Assembly: GCA_040882605.1 (NCBI GenBank)
Contig: JBBEAY010000017.1
Coordinates: forward strand, 27,933-91,932
Source of the DNA: Actinomycetota bacterium
Lineage (GTDB): Bacteria > Actinomycetota > UBA4738 > HRBIN12
DNA: 64,000 bases
Reading direction: 5' to 3'
Shown one piece after another: positions 10,252-19,267 of the stretch. A program made the position numbers and the translations under genes. The notes below the pieces were generated by a model that was not told where the DNA came from, did not search any database, and was given only the letters and a program-made list of their open reading frames with translations. Each line of letters starts with the position of its first letter. Position 1 is the stretch's first letter.

Positions 10252-11163
10252 GTGAGCCGGGAGTGCGAGGCGGTCAGGGCCGCACTCGGCGCCGTGGGCG
10301 CGTGGACGTTCGCGTTCGACTCACGCTCGGTGGCGCAGATCGGTCTCGACGCTCGTGAGCTCGAGTCGCTCGGCTACACGGCGCTCTGGGTGCCCGAAGG
10401 ATCGAGCTCCCGCGATGTGTTCGCGCACCTGTCGGTGCTCGCGAACGCCACCACGACCATCACGGTGTGCTCGGGTATCGCGAACATCACGGCTCGTGCG
10501 CCCGAAGTGATGGCGGCCGGGGCACGCACGCTCGCCGACGCGCACGGCGAGCGGGTCGTGCTGGGCATGGGGGTCGGCCACGAGTACTCCACAGAGGCGA
10601 GAGGGTTCTCGTGGGACCGACCGCTCACGCGCATGGGTGTCTACCTCGATCGCATGGACGAGGCACCCTGGCACGCCCCGGAACCTCCGGCCGGGGTACG
10701 ACGCCTGCTCGCGGCGCTCGGTGACGGCATGCTGCGCCTTTCGGCCGAACGGGCCCTCGGCGCGCACACCTACTTCGTGCCCGTCGAGCACACCGCGCAT
10801 GCCCGCGAGGTGCTCGGCGAAGGACCCGTGCTCGCCGTGGAGCTGACCGCGGTGCTCGAGGCAGACCCGACCCGCGCGCGGTCGTTCGCGCGAGGGTGGA
10901 CCGCTGGTTACCTCGAGCTGCCCAACTACGCCAAGAACCTCACGCGCATGGGATACGGCGATGGGGAGCTCACCGGCGGCGGCAGCGATCGACTCGTCGA
11001 CGCGACGGTCGCGTGGGGAGACGAGCATGCGATCGCGGCTCGTGTGCGCGAGCATCTCGATGCGGGCGCCGACCACGTCTGCGTGCAGTTCGTGAACGGC
11101 GACGACGCAGATGTGTGCATGGCCGCGTACCGAGCTTTGACGCCGCACATCGCCGGTTCCTGA
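10252..11163 (+). CDS. Luciferase-like monooxygenase family (LLM) oxidoreductase, probably F420-dependent
   Basis: The N-terminus (AVGAWTFAFD...LESLGYTALWVPEG) and overall length match the LLM / F420-dependent oxidoreductase fold. The true start may be the GTG at Val8. Confidence 0.7.
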   Translation: MSRECEAVRAALGAVGAWTFAFDSRSVAQIGLDARELESLGYTALWVPEGSSSRDVFAHLSVLANATTTITVCSGIANITARAPEVMAAGARTLADAHGERVVLGMGVGHEYSTEARGFSWDRPLTRMGVYLDRMDEAPWHAPEPPAGVRRLLAALGDGMLRLSAERALGAHTYFVPVEHTAHAREVLGEGPVLAVELTAVLEADPTRARSFARGWTAGYLELPNYAKNLTRMGYGDGELTGGGSDRLVDATVAWGDEHAIAARVREHLDAGADHVCVQFVNGDDADVCMAAYRALTPHIAGS

Positions 11164-11170
11164 CGGCCCG

Positions 11171-11608
11171 TCAGCGGATGCGCGCGGAAGGGTGGGGTCC
11201 TGTTGCGCCGGATGGGTCGGATCCTGCTGCATCGGATGGGTTCACCGAGCATGCTCTTTGTCCGAGCAGACGACCGAGCGCCTCGCGCCGGCGCGCGACG
11301 GCGGCGTAGACGCGCTCGGTCGTGCCGGGCGCCGCTTCGGCGAGCATCGCGATCGGTGCGCCGCCCGGCAGCTTCCGCAGAACGCGTGGCACGGCCGCTC
11401 CAGCCGACCACACGCGTCCGTCGAGCTCGACCAGGTGCCACGAGGCCGCTCGTCGCTCATGGGGAACGGCGTGCAGCAACCGGGTCGCCTCAGGGCCCTG
11501 CGATGGCTCGAACCATAGGGTGCTGCGGCGATCCAAGGCCCGGAGCCGGTCGGCGGACCACCGGCAGAATCCGCAGTCCTCGTCGTAGAGCACGGTCGCT
11601 CGGCGCAT
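11171..11608 (-). CDS. DCC-family thiol-disulfide oxidoreductase (DUF393)
   Basis: N-terminus VLYDEDCGFCRWSADRL carries the CxxC signature of the DCC1-like family; about 145 aa. Confidence 0.75.
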   Translation of the reverse strand: MRRATVLYDEDCGFCRWSADRLRALDRRSTLWFEPSQGPEATRLLHAVPHERRAASWHLVELDGRVWSAGAAVPRVLRKLPGGAPIAMLAEAAPGTTERVYAAVARRREALGRLLGQRACSVNPSDAAGSDPSGATGPHPSARIR

Positions 11609-11733
11609 GTGTCTGCAAGGGTAACCGTGACGATCTGCACCACGCTCGGTGGGGTATGGATCGCGCGGGGGCCGCGACCTGAGTGCCCCCTGAGTCAGGC
11701 GGTGAGGATCGGGACGCCTGGGAGGATGGTGCG

Positions 11734-12174
11734 ATGTCCGAGTCGACCCCCGCGACGACCGGTGGACCCCGCTCTAACGATGCCGATGAGCGGCCGAGCG
11801 GCACGGCGTTCGCCGTCGCCGACGGGCTCGCGCTGCTCGTATTCGTCGCCGTCGGCCTGCGGTCGCACCGTCTCGGCGCGATCGGCGAGATCGCCGCGCG
11901 CAACGCCGTTCCAGTGGCCGTGACGTGGAGCCTGGTGAGCGTCGTCGTCGCGACGTACCGGCGCCGCGACGTTGCCTCGCTCGTGACCACGTGGGCGATC
12001 GCGGTTCCGGTGGCGCTGCTCGTTCGCACCTGGTGGGTCGGCTCTCCTCAGGGCGGCCGCATCGCTGTGTTCCTCGTGGTGGGCCTGGTGTTCACGGCGC
12101 TGTTCCTGTTGGGCGGGCGCGGCGTGGTTTGGGCGGTCACCCGGTCGTGCCCTGTCTGGCATGACCGATCGTGA
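11734..12174 (+). CDS. DUF3054-like small membrane protein
   Basis: Four predicted transmembrane segments. Start placed at Met18 after a GGAGG RBS. Family assignment is from memory of the domain pattern. Confidence 0.55.
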   Translation: MSESTPATTGGPRSNDADERPSGTAFAVADGLALLVFVAVGLRSHRLGAIGEIAARNAVPVAVTWSLVSVVVATYRRRDVASLVTTWAIAVPVALLVRTWWVGSPQGGRIAVFLVVGLVFTALFLLGGRGVVWAVTRSCPVWHDRS

Positions 12175-13616
12175 CGGGCCGGGTGCCGGCGCCCGGAGCG
12201 GCGCGCAGCTTCTGGCTACAGGAAGCGCTCTCGCACGAGCCGCGCGACCCGTGCCCGCCACTCACCGCGAACGTCGTCGCCGACGTCTGCATCGTGGGCG
12301 GTGGCTTCGCGGGGCTCTGGACCGCGATCGAGCTGTCCGCGAGGGACCCGACTCTCCGCATCGCTCTGATCGAGCAGGACATCTGTGGTGGTGGGGCGAG
12401 CGGGCGCAACGGTGGGTTCTTCTCGTCGTCGTGGTGGGACGCGCCCGCCGTCTGCTCGCTCTTCGGCGACGACGAGGGCATGCGCTACCTGCGCGCGATC
12501 GCCGGCACCGTGAGCGAGGTCGGTGCGTGGCTCGACGCTCACGACGTCGATGCGTGGTTCCACCATGAAGGCGTGCTCCGCGTTGCGACCGGCGCGTGGC
12601 AGGTGGGAGCGCAAGGCGGCACGATGGACGCCGAGTTCCTGACCGAGCGCGGCGAGGGCGACCGGCTGCGCGAGATCGGGCTCGGCGAGGCGCGCGCGAT
12701 CGCGGATTCTCCACGGTTCGTCTCGGCCACGTTCATGCCCGACAGCGCCGTAGTGCAACCGGCGCGGCTCGCGCGGGGTCTGCGGCGGGTCGCGATGCAA
12801 CGCGGCGTGCGGATCTTCGAACGAACGGCGATGACGGGACTCGAGGCATCCCGGCCGGCCGTCGTGCGGACCCCTCACGGCGCCGTGAAAGCGGCCCAGG
12901 TGGTGCTCACCACGGGCGCCTGGGCCGCGGGATGGCCCGGGTTCCGCCGGAGCTTCGGTGTGATCGTCGACCAGGTCGTTGCGACCGAGCCGATCCCGGA
13001 GCTGCTTCGAGAGATCGGGTGGACGTCGCAGGTCGGCATCGGCGACGGTCGCGAGCTCCTCTTCTACCTGCGCCCCACCGACGAGGGGCGCATCGTGATC
13101 GGAGGCGGCGCGCTGGGTGTGGTGTTCGGCGGGCGGGCCGATGGGCGCGCGGTCACCTACGACCGCCGTGTCGCCGAGGCCGCCGCGCGAGGGCTCACCT
13201 GGATGTTCCCGCAGCTCGAGGGTGTGCGATTCACGCATGCGTGGGGAGGGCCCATCGATCAAACGGCGAGGTTCCTGCCCTTCTTCCGCACGCTCGAACC
13301 GGGCAACGTGCACGCGGGGCTGGGTTTCTCGGGGCACGGCCTGTCGCAGACGATGGTCGGTGGTCGCATCCTCGCCTCACTCGTGCAGGGCCTCGATGAC
13401 GAGTGGACGTCGATGCCCGTCGTGGGCCTCGAGGCCAGAACGCCACCGGAACCGTTGCGCTACCCGGCGGTGTGGCTGTCGTCGCGCGCGCTCGAGCTGG
13501 GTGATCGCCGGGAAGAAGCAGGTCGCGCACGCGGCGCGTTGCTCGACGTCGTCGGGAACGCACCCGTCGCCTACCGCGGGTGGCTCACCCGCAGAGTCGG
13601 CCGGCGCGCCGGCTGA
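12171..13616 (+). CDS. FAD-dependent oxidoreductase (DAO family, glycine/D-amino-acid oxidase-like)
   Basis: FAD dinucleotide-binding motif VCIVGGGFAGLWTAIEL...GGGASGRNGG. GTG start overlaps the upstream stop (GTGA). Confidence 0.75.
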   Translation: MTGRVPAPGAARSFWLQEALSHEPRDPCPPLTANVVADVCIVGGGFAGLWTAIELSARDPTLRIALIEQDICGGGASGRNGGFFSSSWWDAPAVCSLFGDDEGMRYLRAIAGTVSEVGAWLDAHDVDAWFHHEGVLRVATGAWQVGAQGGTMDAEFLTERGEGDRLREIGLGEARAIADSPRFVSATFMPDSAVVQPARLARGLRRVAMQRGVRIFERTAMTGLEASRPAVVRTPHGAVKAAQVVLTTGAWAAGWPGFRRSFGVIVDQVVATEPIPELLREIGWTSQVGIGDGRELLFYLRPTDEGRIVIGGGALGVVFGGRADGRAVTYDRRVAEAAARGLTWMFPQLEGVRFTHAWGGPIDQTARFLPFFRTLEPGNVHAGLGFSGHGLSQTMVGGRILASLVQGLDDEWTSMPVVGLEARTPPEPLRYPAVWLSSRALELGDRREEAGRARGALLDVVGNAPVAYRGWLTRRVGRRAG

Positions 13617-13886
13617 TCAGTAGCGGTCGTCGCGTGGGGGCAGGTGTTCGGGCTCGCGCGAGGCCTCGTTCACGCGGTAGCGGGCTACGCGCTGCTGGGC
13701 GATCTGGCGGTCGTAGTCGGCGTGGATCTGGCGAGCCTTCCGTTTGAATGCCCACCACGCGAACATGCCGAGCACGGTGACGGCGAGCACGGTCGTGATC
13801 ACCAGGAACGCGACCGCCTTCAGCACGGCGCCCAGCACGCCGAACACGGCGGCGAGCAGCAGCAGGATCACCACGAACACGAACAT
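13617..13886 (-). CDS. Small membrane protein, unknown function
   Basis: 89 aa. The N-terminal 45 residues are strongly hydrophobic (two transmembrane helices) and are followed by a charged tail. No motif recognised. Confidence 0.45.
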   Translation of the reverse strand: MFVFVVILLLLAAVFGVLGAVLKAVAFLVITTVLAVTVLGMFAWWAFKRKARQIHADYDRQIAQQRVARYRVNEASREPEHLPPRDDRY

Positions 13887-13893
13887 CGCGTCT

Positions 13894-14742
13894 CTAGCCT
13901 ACGGCGGTCCTCACGAAGCGTTCGATGCGCCGGGCGAGCGCCTCGGGGTGTTGCAGCGGGAGGTCGTGGATGCCGTCCATCCACTCGATCGTGGCTGGTC
14001 GATCGCGGGTCAGCTCACTCACGCGACCGACCGCCTGCCGCATGCGTTCGCGTCGCGCAGGGTCGGTCGCGTCTCGCGCGACGATCGCGAGCGTCGGCAC
14101 GCGTACGCGGCGCCAGAGCTCGTTCGGGTCCTGCTCCCAGATCGCGCGAAGGATGCGGAAGTGGTTGGAGCGGGCGAGCCGTGGCGTGATCGTGCCGTTG
14201 TCACGGACCCGCATCACTGAGAGCACCTGCGCCTCGATATCGGGGGTCACCTCGACCGCATCGGCCAGGAAGGTGCGCATCAGCCCTCGGAACTCGTCGA
14301 GAGGCATGCCGGTTAGATGCGGCGGGGCGAGAAGCTGCTTGGTCGTGGGCCAGTCCATCTCATCGCGCAGGCCATGCACGCCGCCGTCCACGAGCACCGC
14401 CCCGGCGATCGACCGCGGGTGAAGGGCCGCGAGCTCCAACGTGACCATCGCGCCCCAGGAATGTCCGGCGACGATGGGGCGACCGAGCCCGGTCGCGCGC
14501 ACGACGGCGAGGGCGTCTGCCACGACACGGTCGAACCCGTAGCCACGGTTCGGCTTGGCGCTCACGCCGTGTCCGCGGGCGTCGTACGTCACAACCCTTA
14601 AGCGCCGGGTGAGCCGGGGAAGCATCTGGTCCCAGATGTTGCCGGAAGAGGCGAGGCCGTGGAGCAGCAGCAGGCTGGGAGCGCCGGGCTCGGCGTCGAA
14701 CACGCGGGCCGAGAGCTTCACACCGCCGTCTGCGGTGACCAT
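13894..14742 (-). CDS. Alpha/beta hydrolase fold protein
   Basis: HGLASSG...VVTYDARGHG...GHSWG (nucleophile elbow GxSxG). Trimmed to Met126 (MVTADGG) because the longer ORF overlaps the divergent SDR gene. Starts at Met115 (14775) or Met119 are also possible. Confidence 0.75.
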   Translation of the reverse strand: MVTADGGVKLSARVFDAEPGAPSLLLLHGLASSGNIWDQMLPRLTRRLRVVTYDARGHGVSAKPNRGYGFDRVVADALAVVRATGLGRPIVAGHSWGAMVTLELAALHPRSIAGAVLVDGGVHGLRDEMDWPTTKQLLAPPHLTGMPLDEFRGLMRTFLADAVEVTPDIEAQVLSVMRVRDNGTITPRLARSNHFRILRAIWEQDPNELWRRVRVPTLAIVARDATDPARRERMRQAVGRVSELTRDRPATIEWMDGIHDLPLQHPEALARRIERFVRTAVG

Positions 14743-14773
14743 CGTGCGGGTCTCCTCGGGCATACTGCGCAGC

Positions 14774-15613
14774 ATGGTAAACGCCTTCCGATCTCCGCTC
14801 GCCCCCGACGCGAACGCCGGGAAGACTGCGATCGTGACGGGAGGCGGTACCGGCATCGGCCGTGCGACGGCGCTCGAGCTCGCTCGCACGGGCGCCCGCG
14901 TCGCGATCTGTGGCCGGCGCGCGGAGCCGATCGAGGCCGTCGCCGCCGAGCTCGAGGAAGGTGAGTACGAGGCGCTCGCCCTCACGTGCGACGTGCGTGA
15001 GCCCGAACAGGTCGCCTCGTTCCTCGATGCCGTTGACGGCCGGTTCGGTGGTGTCGACGTGTTGGTGAATAACGCCGGCGGACAGTTCGCCGCGGCCGCA
15101 GAGGACATCTCGCTCAAGGGGCTGCGAGCCGTGCATCGCTTGAACGTCGATGCGGTGTGGCACCTGACGCATCAGGTGGCCACGCGGTGGATGATCCCGC
15201 GTCGCACGGGGTCGATCTTCTTCCTCGGGTTCAGTCCGCGGCGCGGCATCCCGATGATGGCGCACTCGTCGATGGCTCGCTCGGCACTCGAGACGATGGC
15301 GGCCGCGTTGTCGAACGAGTGGTCGCGCTTCGGGGTGCGCGCCGTCTGTATCGCAGCAGGTCTGATCGAGACCGAAGGGCTGCAGCAGTACGGGAGTGAT
15401 GCGATCGTGGCCGAGTACGCCGCTCAGGTGCCGATGCGTCGCGCAGGGTTGCCCGAGGAGGTTGCCGCCACGATCGCGTTCCTTGCCTCGGCGGGCGGCG
15501 CGTATATCACGGGCTCGACCGTGCTGGTCGACGGCGGCGCCGACGCATGGGGCCAGGGCATGGCGCCCCCAGAGCTCGAGCTCCAGCCACCACCGCCTGC
15601 TCGCGGCAACTAG
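14774..15613 (+). CDS. Short-chain dehydrogenase/reductase (SDR) family oxidoreductase
   Basis: TGGGTGIGRATALEL cofactor motif, the NNAG motif, and a catalytic YxxxK region downstream. Start placed at Met74 of the track ORF. Confidence 0.8.
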   Translation: MVNAFRSPLAPDANAGKTAIVTGGGTGIGRATALELARTGARVAICGRRAEPIEAVAAELEEGEYEALALTCDVREPEQVASFLDAVDGRFGGVDVLVNNAGGQFAAAAEDISLKGLRAVHRLNVDAVWHLTHQVATRWMIPRRTGSIFFLGFSPRRGIPMMAHSSMARSALETMAAALSNEWSRFGVRAVCIAAGLIETEGLQQYGSDAIVAEYAAQVPMRRAGLPEEVAATIAFLASAGGAYITGSTVLVDGGADAWGQGMAPPELELQPPPPARGN

Positions 15614-15668
15614 GCAAGGACCTCCGTAGTGGGCCCTGCGATCACCTACGGAGGTCCTTGCTCAGTTG
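15610..15668. repeat. Hairpin-forming intergenic element, copy 1 (16-23 bp stem); coordinates approximate
   Basis: ctaggcaaggacctccgtag ... ctacggaggtccttgctcag begins at the SDR stop codon. The stem is almost perfect. A second copy with a 19/20-identical left arm lies at about 61006. Confidence 0.5.
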
Positions 15669-15713
15669 CGTCGACGAAAGCGAACCGGTTCCTTGCGGCT
15701 CCCATGCCGCTTC

Positions 15714-17006
15714 ATGCAAGATAGCGTGATGGATCCTCGGCGCGACACCCCTGGGATCGACCGGCGGGCGTTCCTTCGGCGGCTGGCCGCCGCCAGCGTC
15801 ACCGCCGGCGTCACGCTGCCCTCCTCCTCCGCCCTGCTCGCTGCCTGCGACCGAGCACCGGCCGCCAAGCCCACGTCGGTTCCGGTCCTGTCGAGCCCTG
15901 CCGGACCCACTTTCGAGAGCGGCATGCCGATCGAGAAGCGAGCGGTGCTCAAGGTCTACGAGTGGCGCGACTACCTGTCGAGGGGAACCCTCTCCTCGTT
16001 CGAGCGGTCGTTCCCCGAGGGCGACGTACGCGTCGAGGTCGAGAGCTTCGCGCACATGGACGAGGCGGTCGCCAGGTTGCAGGACCCGGCCACGCAGTTC
16101 GACGTATTCTTCCCGACCATCGACGCGCTGGCGGGCCTGATCGACGCCGGGCTGCTGCGCACGCTCGATCACGGCCAGCTTCCGAACGTGCGCAATCTGT
16201 GGCCGTGGTTCCGAGAGGGCGACGGCCCGTTCTACGACCCGGGCCAGCGCTACTCGTTGCCGTACACGGTGTACGTGAGCGGCGTCGCGTGGCGAGACGA
16301 CATGGTCGAGGCCGCCGATGCGCCCGACGCGGCCAGCGATCCGTGGAGCGTGTTCTGGAACCCCGACTACCGCGGGCGCGTGGGCATGTACGACGGCTTC
16401 CTCGAGGCGATGTCGCTTGCGCTGCTCCGTGATGGGGTCACCGATGTGCGCGCGGCTACCGACGACCAGCTCGCCGCCGCCGCCGCCGCGCTCATCGACG
16501 CGATATCGATCACCGACGTCCGCTTCACGAACGACGGCGTTGAGGAAGGTCTGCCCGAGGGCGAGTTCGCCGCCCACCAGGCGTGGTCGGGCGACGTGCT
16601 GTCTGCGCCCGGGTACGCGGCCGCAGAGGGCGACTTCGACCTCGGGAAGCAGCTCCGGTTCTGGTCGCCGCCCGGCCCGGAGAAGATCGTCGGCTGCGAC
16701 CTCATGGCGGTCTGCGAGCGAGGACGCCATCCCGACCTCGCGCACGCCTTCCTGAACCACCTGCTCGACACACGGGTCGGCGTCGACAACTTCTGCTGGA
16801 ACGGATACCAGCCGCCACTCGAAGGCGTGACTCCCGAGGCGTTCGCCGCGCCCGACTCACCGTGGCACATGGAGGTACCGCCGAACCTGCTCGGCACGCT
16901 TCTCGACAACGAGTCGTTCGCCGATGCGCAGATGCTGGTCGGGTTCGGCCCGAGCGAGCGTGCCCGCTGGCTCGACTACTGGAAGCGGGTCACCCCTGCC
17001 ACCTGA
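15714..17006 (+). CDS. ABC transporter substrate-binding protein, PotD/PotF (polyamine) family, Tat-signal lipoprotein
   Basis: Twin-arginine motif RRAFLRR followed by the lipobox LLAAC. The mature part has the length and pattern of the family-1 solute-binding fold seen in spermidine/putrescine binders. Confidence 0.75.
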   Translation: MQDSVMDPRRDTPGIDRRAFLRRLAAASVTAGVTLPSSSALLAACDRAPAAKPTSVPVLSSPAGPTFESGMPIEKRAVLKVYEWRDYLSRGTLSSFERSFPEGDVRVEVESFAHMDEAVARLQDPATQFDVFFPTIDALAGLIDAGLLRTLDHGQLPNVRNLWPWFREGDGPFYDPGQRYSLPYTVYVSGVAWRDDMVEAADAPDAASDPWSVFWNPDYRGRVGMYDGFLEAMSLALLRDGVTDVRAATDDQLAAAAAALIDAISITDVRFTNDGVEEGLPEGEFAAHQAWSGDVLSAPGYAAAEGDFDLGKQLRFWSPPGPEKIVGCDLMAVCERGRHPDLAHAFLNHLLDTRVGVDNFCWNGYQPPLEGVTPEAFAAPDSPWHMEVPPNLLGTLLDNESFADAQMLVGFGPSERARWLDYWKRVTPAT

Positions 17007-17485
17007 TCGGGTGAACCCACCCGATCAGGCAACCAGGTCAGGTCGTCGTCGTAAGCCTCGAACACCGCCCGGAACTCGCCCGACGTCGCGTCGACGACCT
17101 GCACGAGAACGTTCTGCGGCGTGCATCCGTCGTCCTCACCGGTTCGGGCGGGTGAAACGAAGTCGCCCTTGGCGGTGAAGTAGCAGAGATCGTGGGTGAA
17201 GTAGACCCACGACGGCCCCCAATCGGCGCTATCGGTTGGGCTCTCGACCTCGGCCAGCGTCACCGAGACGTCGCCGCCCCGGCCCGCACCCGGAAGATCA
17301 CGCCATGCCGCCGCCGGATCGATCTCGGTCTCGAAGCCATCGACCGGCACCAGGTCGTACCCGAACGTGCCGGGGATCTCCTGCCGCTCCGATTGGTGCA
17401 ACGGCTCATAGCGGCTCGGCTCGCCCTTGCCGCACGCCATGGAGACGACCGCAAGGAGCGTGAGAAAAGCGGTTGTGCATCGCAC
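16976..17485 (-). CDS. Putative lipoprotein, unknown function
   Basis: Start placed at the GTG (Val17). TAFLTLLAVVSMACGK is a signal peptide plus lipobox. It is convergent with the binding-protein gene and overlaps its end by about 30 nt. Confidence 0.5.
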   Translation of the reverse strand: MRCTTAFLTLLAVVSMACGKGEPSRYEPLHQSERQEIPGTFGYDLVPVDGFETEIDPAAAWRDLPGAGRGGDVSVTLAEVESPTDSADWGPSWVYFTHDLCYFTAKGDFVSPARTGEDDGCTPQNVLVQVVDATSGEFRAVFEAYDDDLTWLPDRVGSPDQVAGVTRFQ

Positions 17486-17613
17486 ACAGCGAGCGTACCC
17501 TGGTGACTGGCTGAACCGACAGACAGCCGCCAAGGGGTTCTCAACGACGGGCGGGCGGCGTAGCGTGCATGTGTCCGAGAAGCGCCCGCACGCCCGGAGG
17601 GATAGGGGGAGAC

Positions 17614-17898
17614 ATGTACGGAACCGTCGCGCGCACCCGGGTCAAGCTGGAGAACCGGGAGCAGCTCAGGAAGGTCACCGCGGCCCAGGGCTACGACGAG
17701 GTGCCCGGGTTCGTCAACTCGTACTTATTGTTCGAGAGCGACAGCGAGGCGACGTGGATCTTCGCCATCTTCGCCGATCGTGCGGCGTACGAACGCAACG
17801 CGAACGATCCGGCCCAGCACGAGCGATACCTCGAATACCGCGCGCTCCTCGAAGACGAGCCCGAGTGGCACGACGGGGAGATCGAACAAGACACGTAG
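17614..17898 (+). CDS. Small protein, possibly ABM/dimeric alpha-beta barrel family
   Basis: 94 aa from Met16, after an AGGGGGAGAC RBS. The composition and the VKLENREQL...WIFAIFADRAAYE pattern resemble antibiotic-biosynthesis-monooxygenase-like stress proteins. This is a weak call. Confidence 0.45.
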   Translation: MYGTVARTRVKLENREQLRKVTAAQGYDEVPGFVNSYLLFESDSEATWIFAIFADRAAYERNANDPAQHERYLEYRALLEDEPEWHDGEIEQDT

Positions 17899-17919
17899 GC
17901 GTCGAGGAAAGCGTCGATC

Positions 17920-19137
17920 TCAATCGAGACGACCGCTCGCGCTCGGGCGAGGCGCCAGCAGTCCGGCGCCGATGATGCCGAAGGTCGCGATCACGATCAC
18001 GGCCATCGCGGCGCGCAGGTCGATCGTCTGTGCGACGTAGCCGAGCAACGGCGGGCTCCAGATAAAGCCCGTGTATCCCACGGTCGTTACCGCGGCGATC
18101 GCGCTCGTCGGGTCCTCGTCGATGTCTTCGGTGAGGCTGAAGCCTGCCGGGGCCGCCGCGCTGATCATGAAGCCGAGGATCAGGTAAGCCAGGCCCACCA
18201 CGACGAGGTTGCTCGTGAGCGTCGCGAGGAGTCCTCCAGTGAGCGAGCCCACGCCCGCAACGATGATCGTGATGCGAGGACCGAGCCCGAACAGCACCCT
18301 TCCTGCGAACAGGCGCCCGAGGAAGATCGCGCCCGAGAAGGCGATGAACGCCATGGCTGCTACGCCCGCCGACGCACCGAGCTCCTCACGCAGGTACAGA
18401 CCTGACCACGTGTCCATCGAGCCTTCGACGAGGAACGCGAACAGGACCACGAGGGCGGGCACCCATAGCGCCGGGGTGCGGAACAGCGCCGAGATCGAGA
18501 AGACGGTCTGCGCGCCCCCGGGATCGCGTTCAGCCGGTGCGGTGCGCGCGTTCCATGCCGCGGTGACGACGAGCGCGAGGCCGGCGAACGCCAGCCCCCA
18601 GCGGAAGTCCACGTCGGACGCGAGCAACAGGCCCGCCACCGCCGCACCGGTCACGCCGCCCAGGGCGTATGAAGCGTGCAGCCACTGCAGCACCGGGCGA
18701 TGGGTCGCTACCTCGACCCGCTGCGCCGCCACGTTGAGGTACACGTCGATCAGGCCGTTGCCGGCGCCGACGAGCAGGAACCCGAGAGCGACAAGGGCTG
18801 TGGGCTGGTAGGCGATGACGAGCGAGCCGACCGCGAGAAAGATCAATGAGGCCGGCACGGTGACGGTGAGCGGCTGGCGTTGTAGCCGTGGGGCGACGAG
18901 CAGCATGACCGCGATGGCCGCCGCGGAGAGCAGCGTGTACAACCCGCCAAGTCGGCTAACAGAGAGATCGTGGAACCGTTGGAAATCGTAGATCACGATC
19001 ACCCACACTCCCCAGTACTGACCGAACGCCAGGTAGCCGGCCAGCAGGGGCAGGGTCGCCCGCCGGGCCGCCGACGCATCGAGCGAGCCGTCGAGCTCGA
19101 GCTTCGGGGTGCCTGCGGGCCGGGCGAGCTCGTCCAT
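17920..19137 (-). CDS. MFS transporter
   Basis: 405 aa with about 12 predicted transmembrane helices and the loop pattern typical of the major facilitator superfamily. Confidence 0.75.
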   Translation of the reverse strand: MDELARPAGTPKLELDGSLDASAARRATLPLLAGYLAFGQYWGVWVIVIYDFQRFHDLSVSRLGGLYTLLSAAAIAVMLLVAPRLQRQPLTVTVPASLIFLAVGSLVIAYQPTALVALGFLLVGAGNGLIDVYLNVAAQRVEVATHRPVLQWLHASYALGGVTGAAVAGLLLASDVDFRWGLAFAGLALVVTAAWNARTAPAERDPGGAQTVFSISALFRTPALWVPALVVLFAFLVEGSMDTWSGLYLREELGASAGVAAMAFIAFSGAIFLGRLFAGRVLFGLGPRITIIVAGVGSLTGGLLATLTSNLVVVGLAYLILGFMISAAAPAGFSLTEDIDEDPTSAIAAVTTVGYTGFIWSPPLLGYVAQTIDLRAAMAVIVIATFGIIGAGLLAPRPSASGRLD

Positions 19138-19267
19138 CGGGGCATGATGCCACGCCGATCGCTCGGACCCCTCGAACCTGGCGGGGCTGCCTGGCTATCG
19201 CTTCACTCTTGAGCCCTACGAGCGCTGCTTGACCGTTCATGGCCCGACTGGACTAGACTCAGCGACC

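Noticed and set aside
13894-15117. Full-length 407-aa version of the alpha/beta hydrolase ORF
   Set aside because: The N-terminal 115-125 residues are Ser/Ala/Pro-rich and have no homology. They overlap the divergent SDR gene by more than 300 bp. The hydrolase fold begins at MVTADGG.
15610-15668. Hairpin repeats as miniature transposable elements or insertion sequences
   Set aside because: There are no terminal inverted repeats beyond the hairpin itself, no target-site duplications, and no transposase or integrase ORF anywhere in the window. I kept them as generic repeats or possible terminators.
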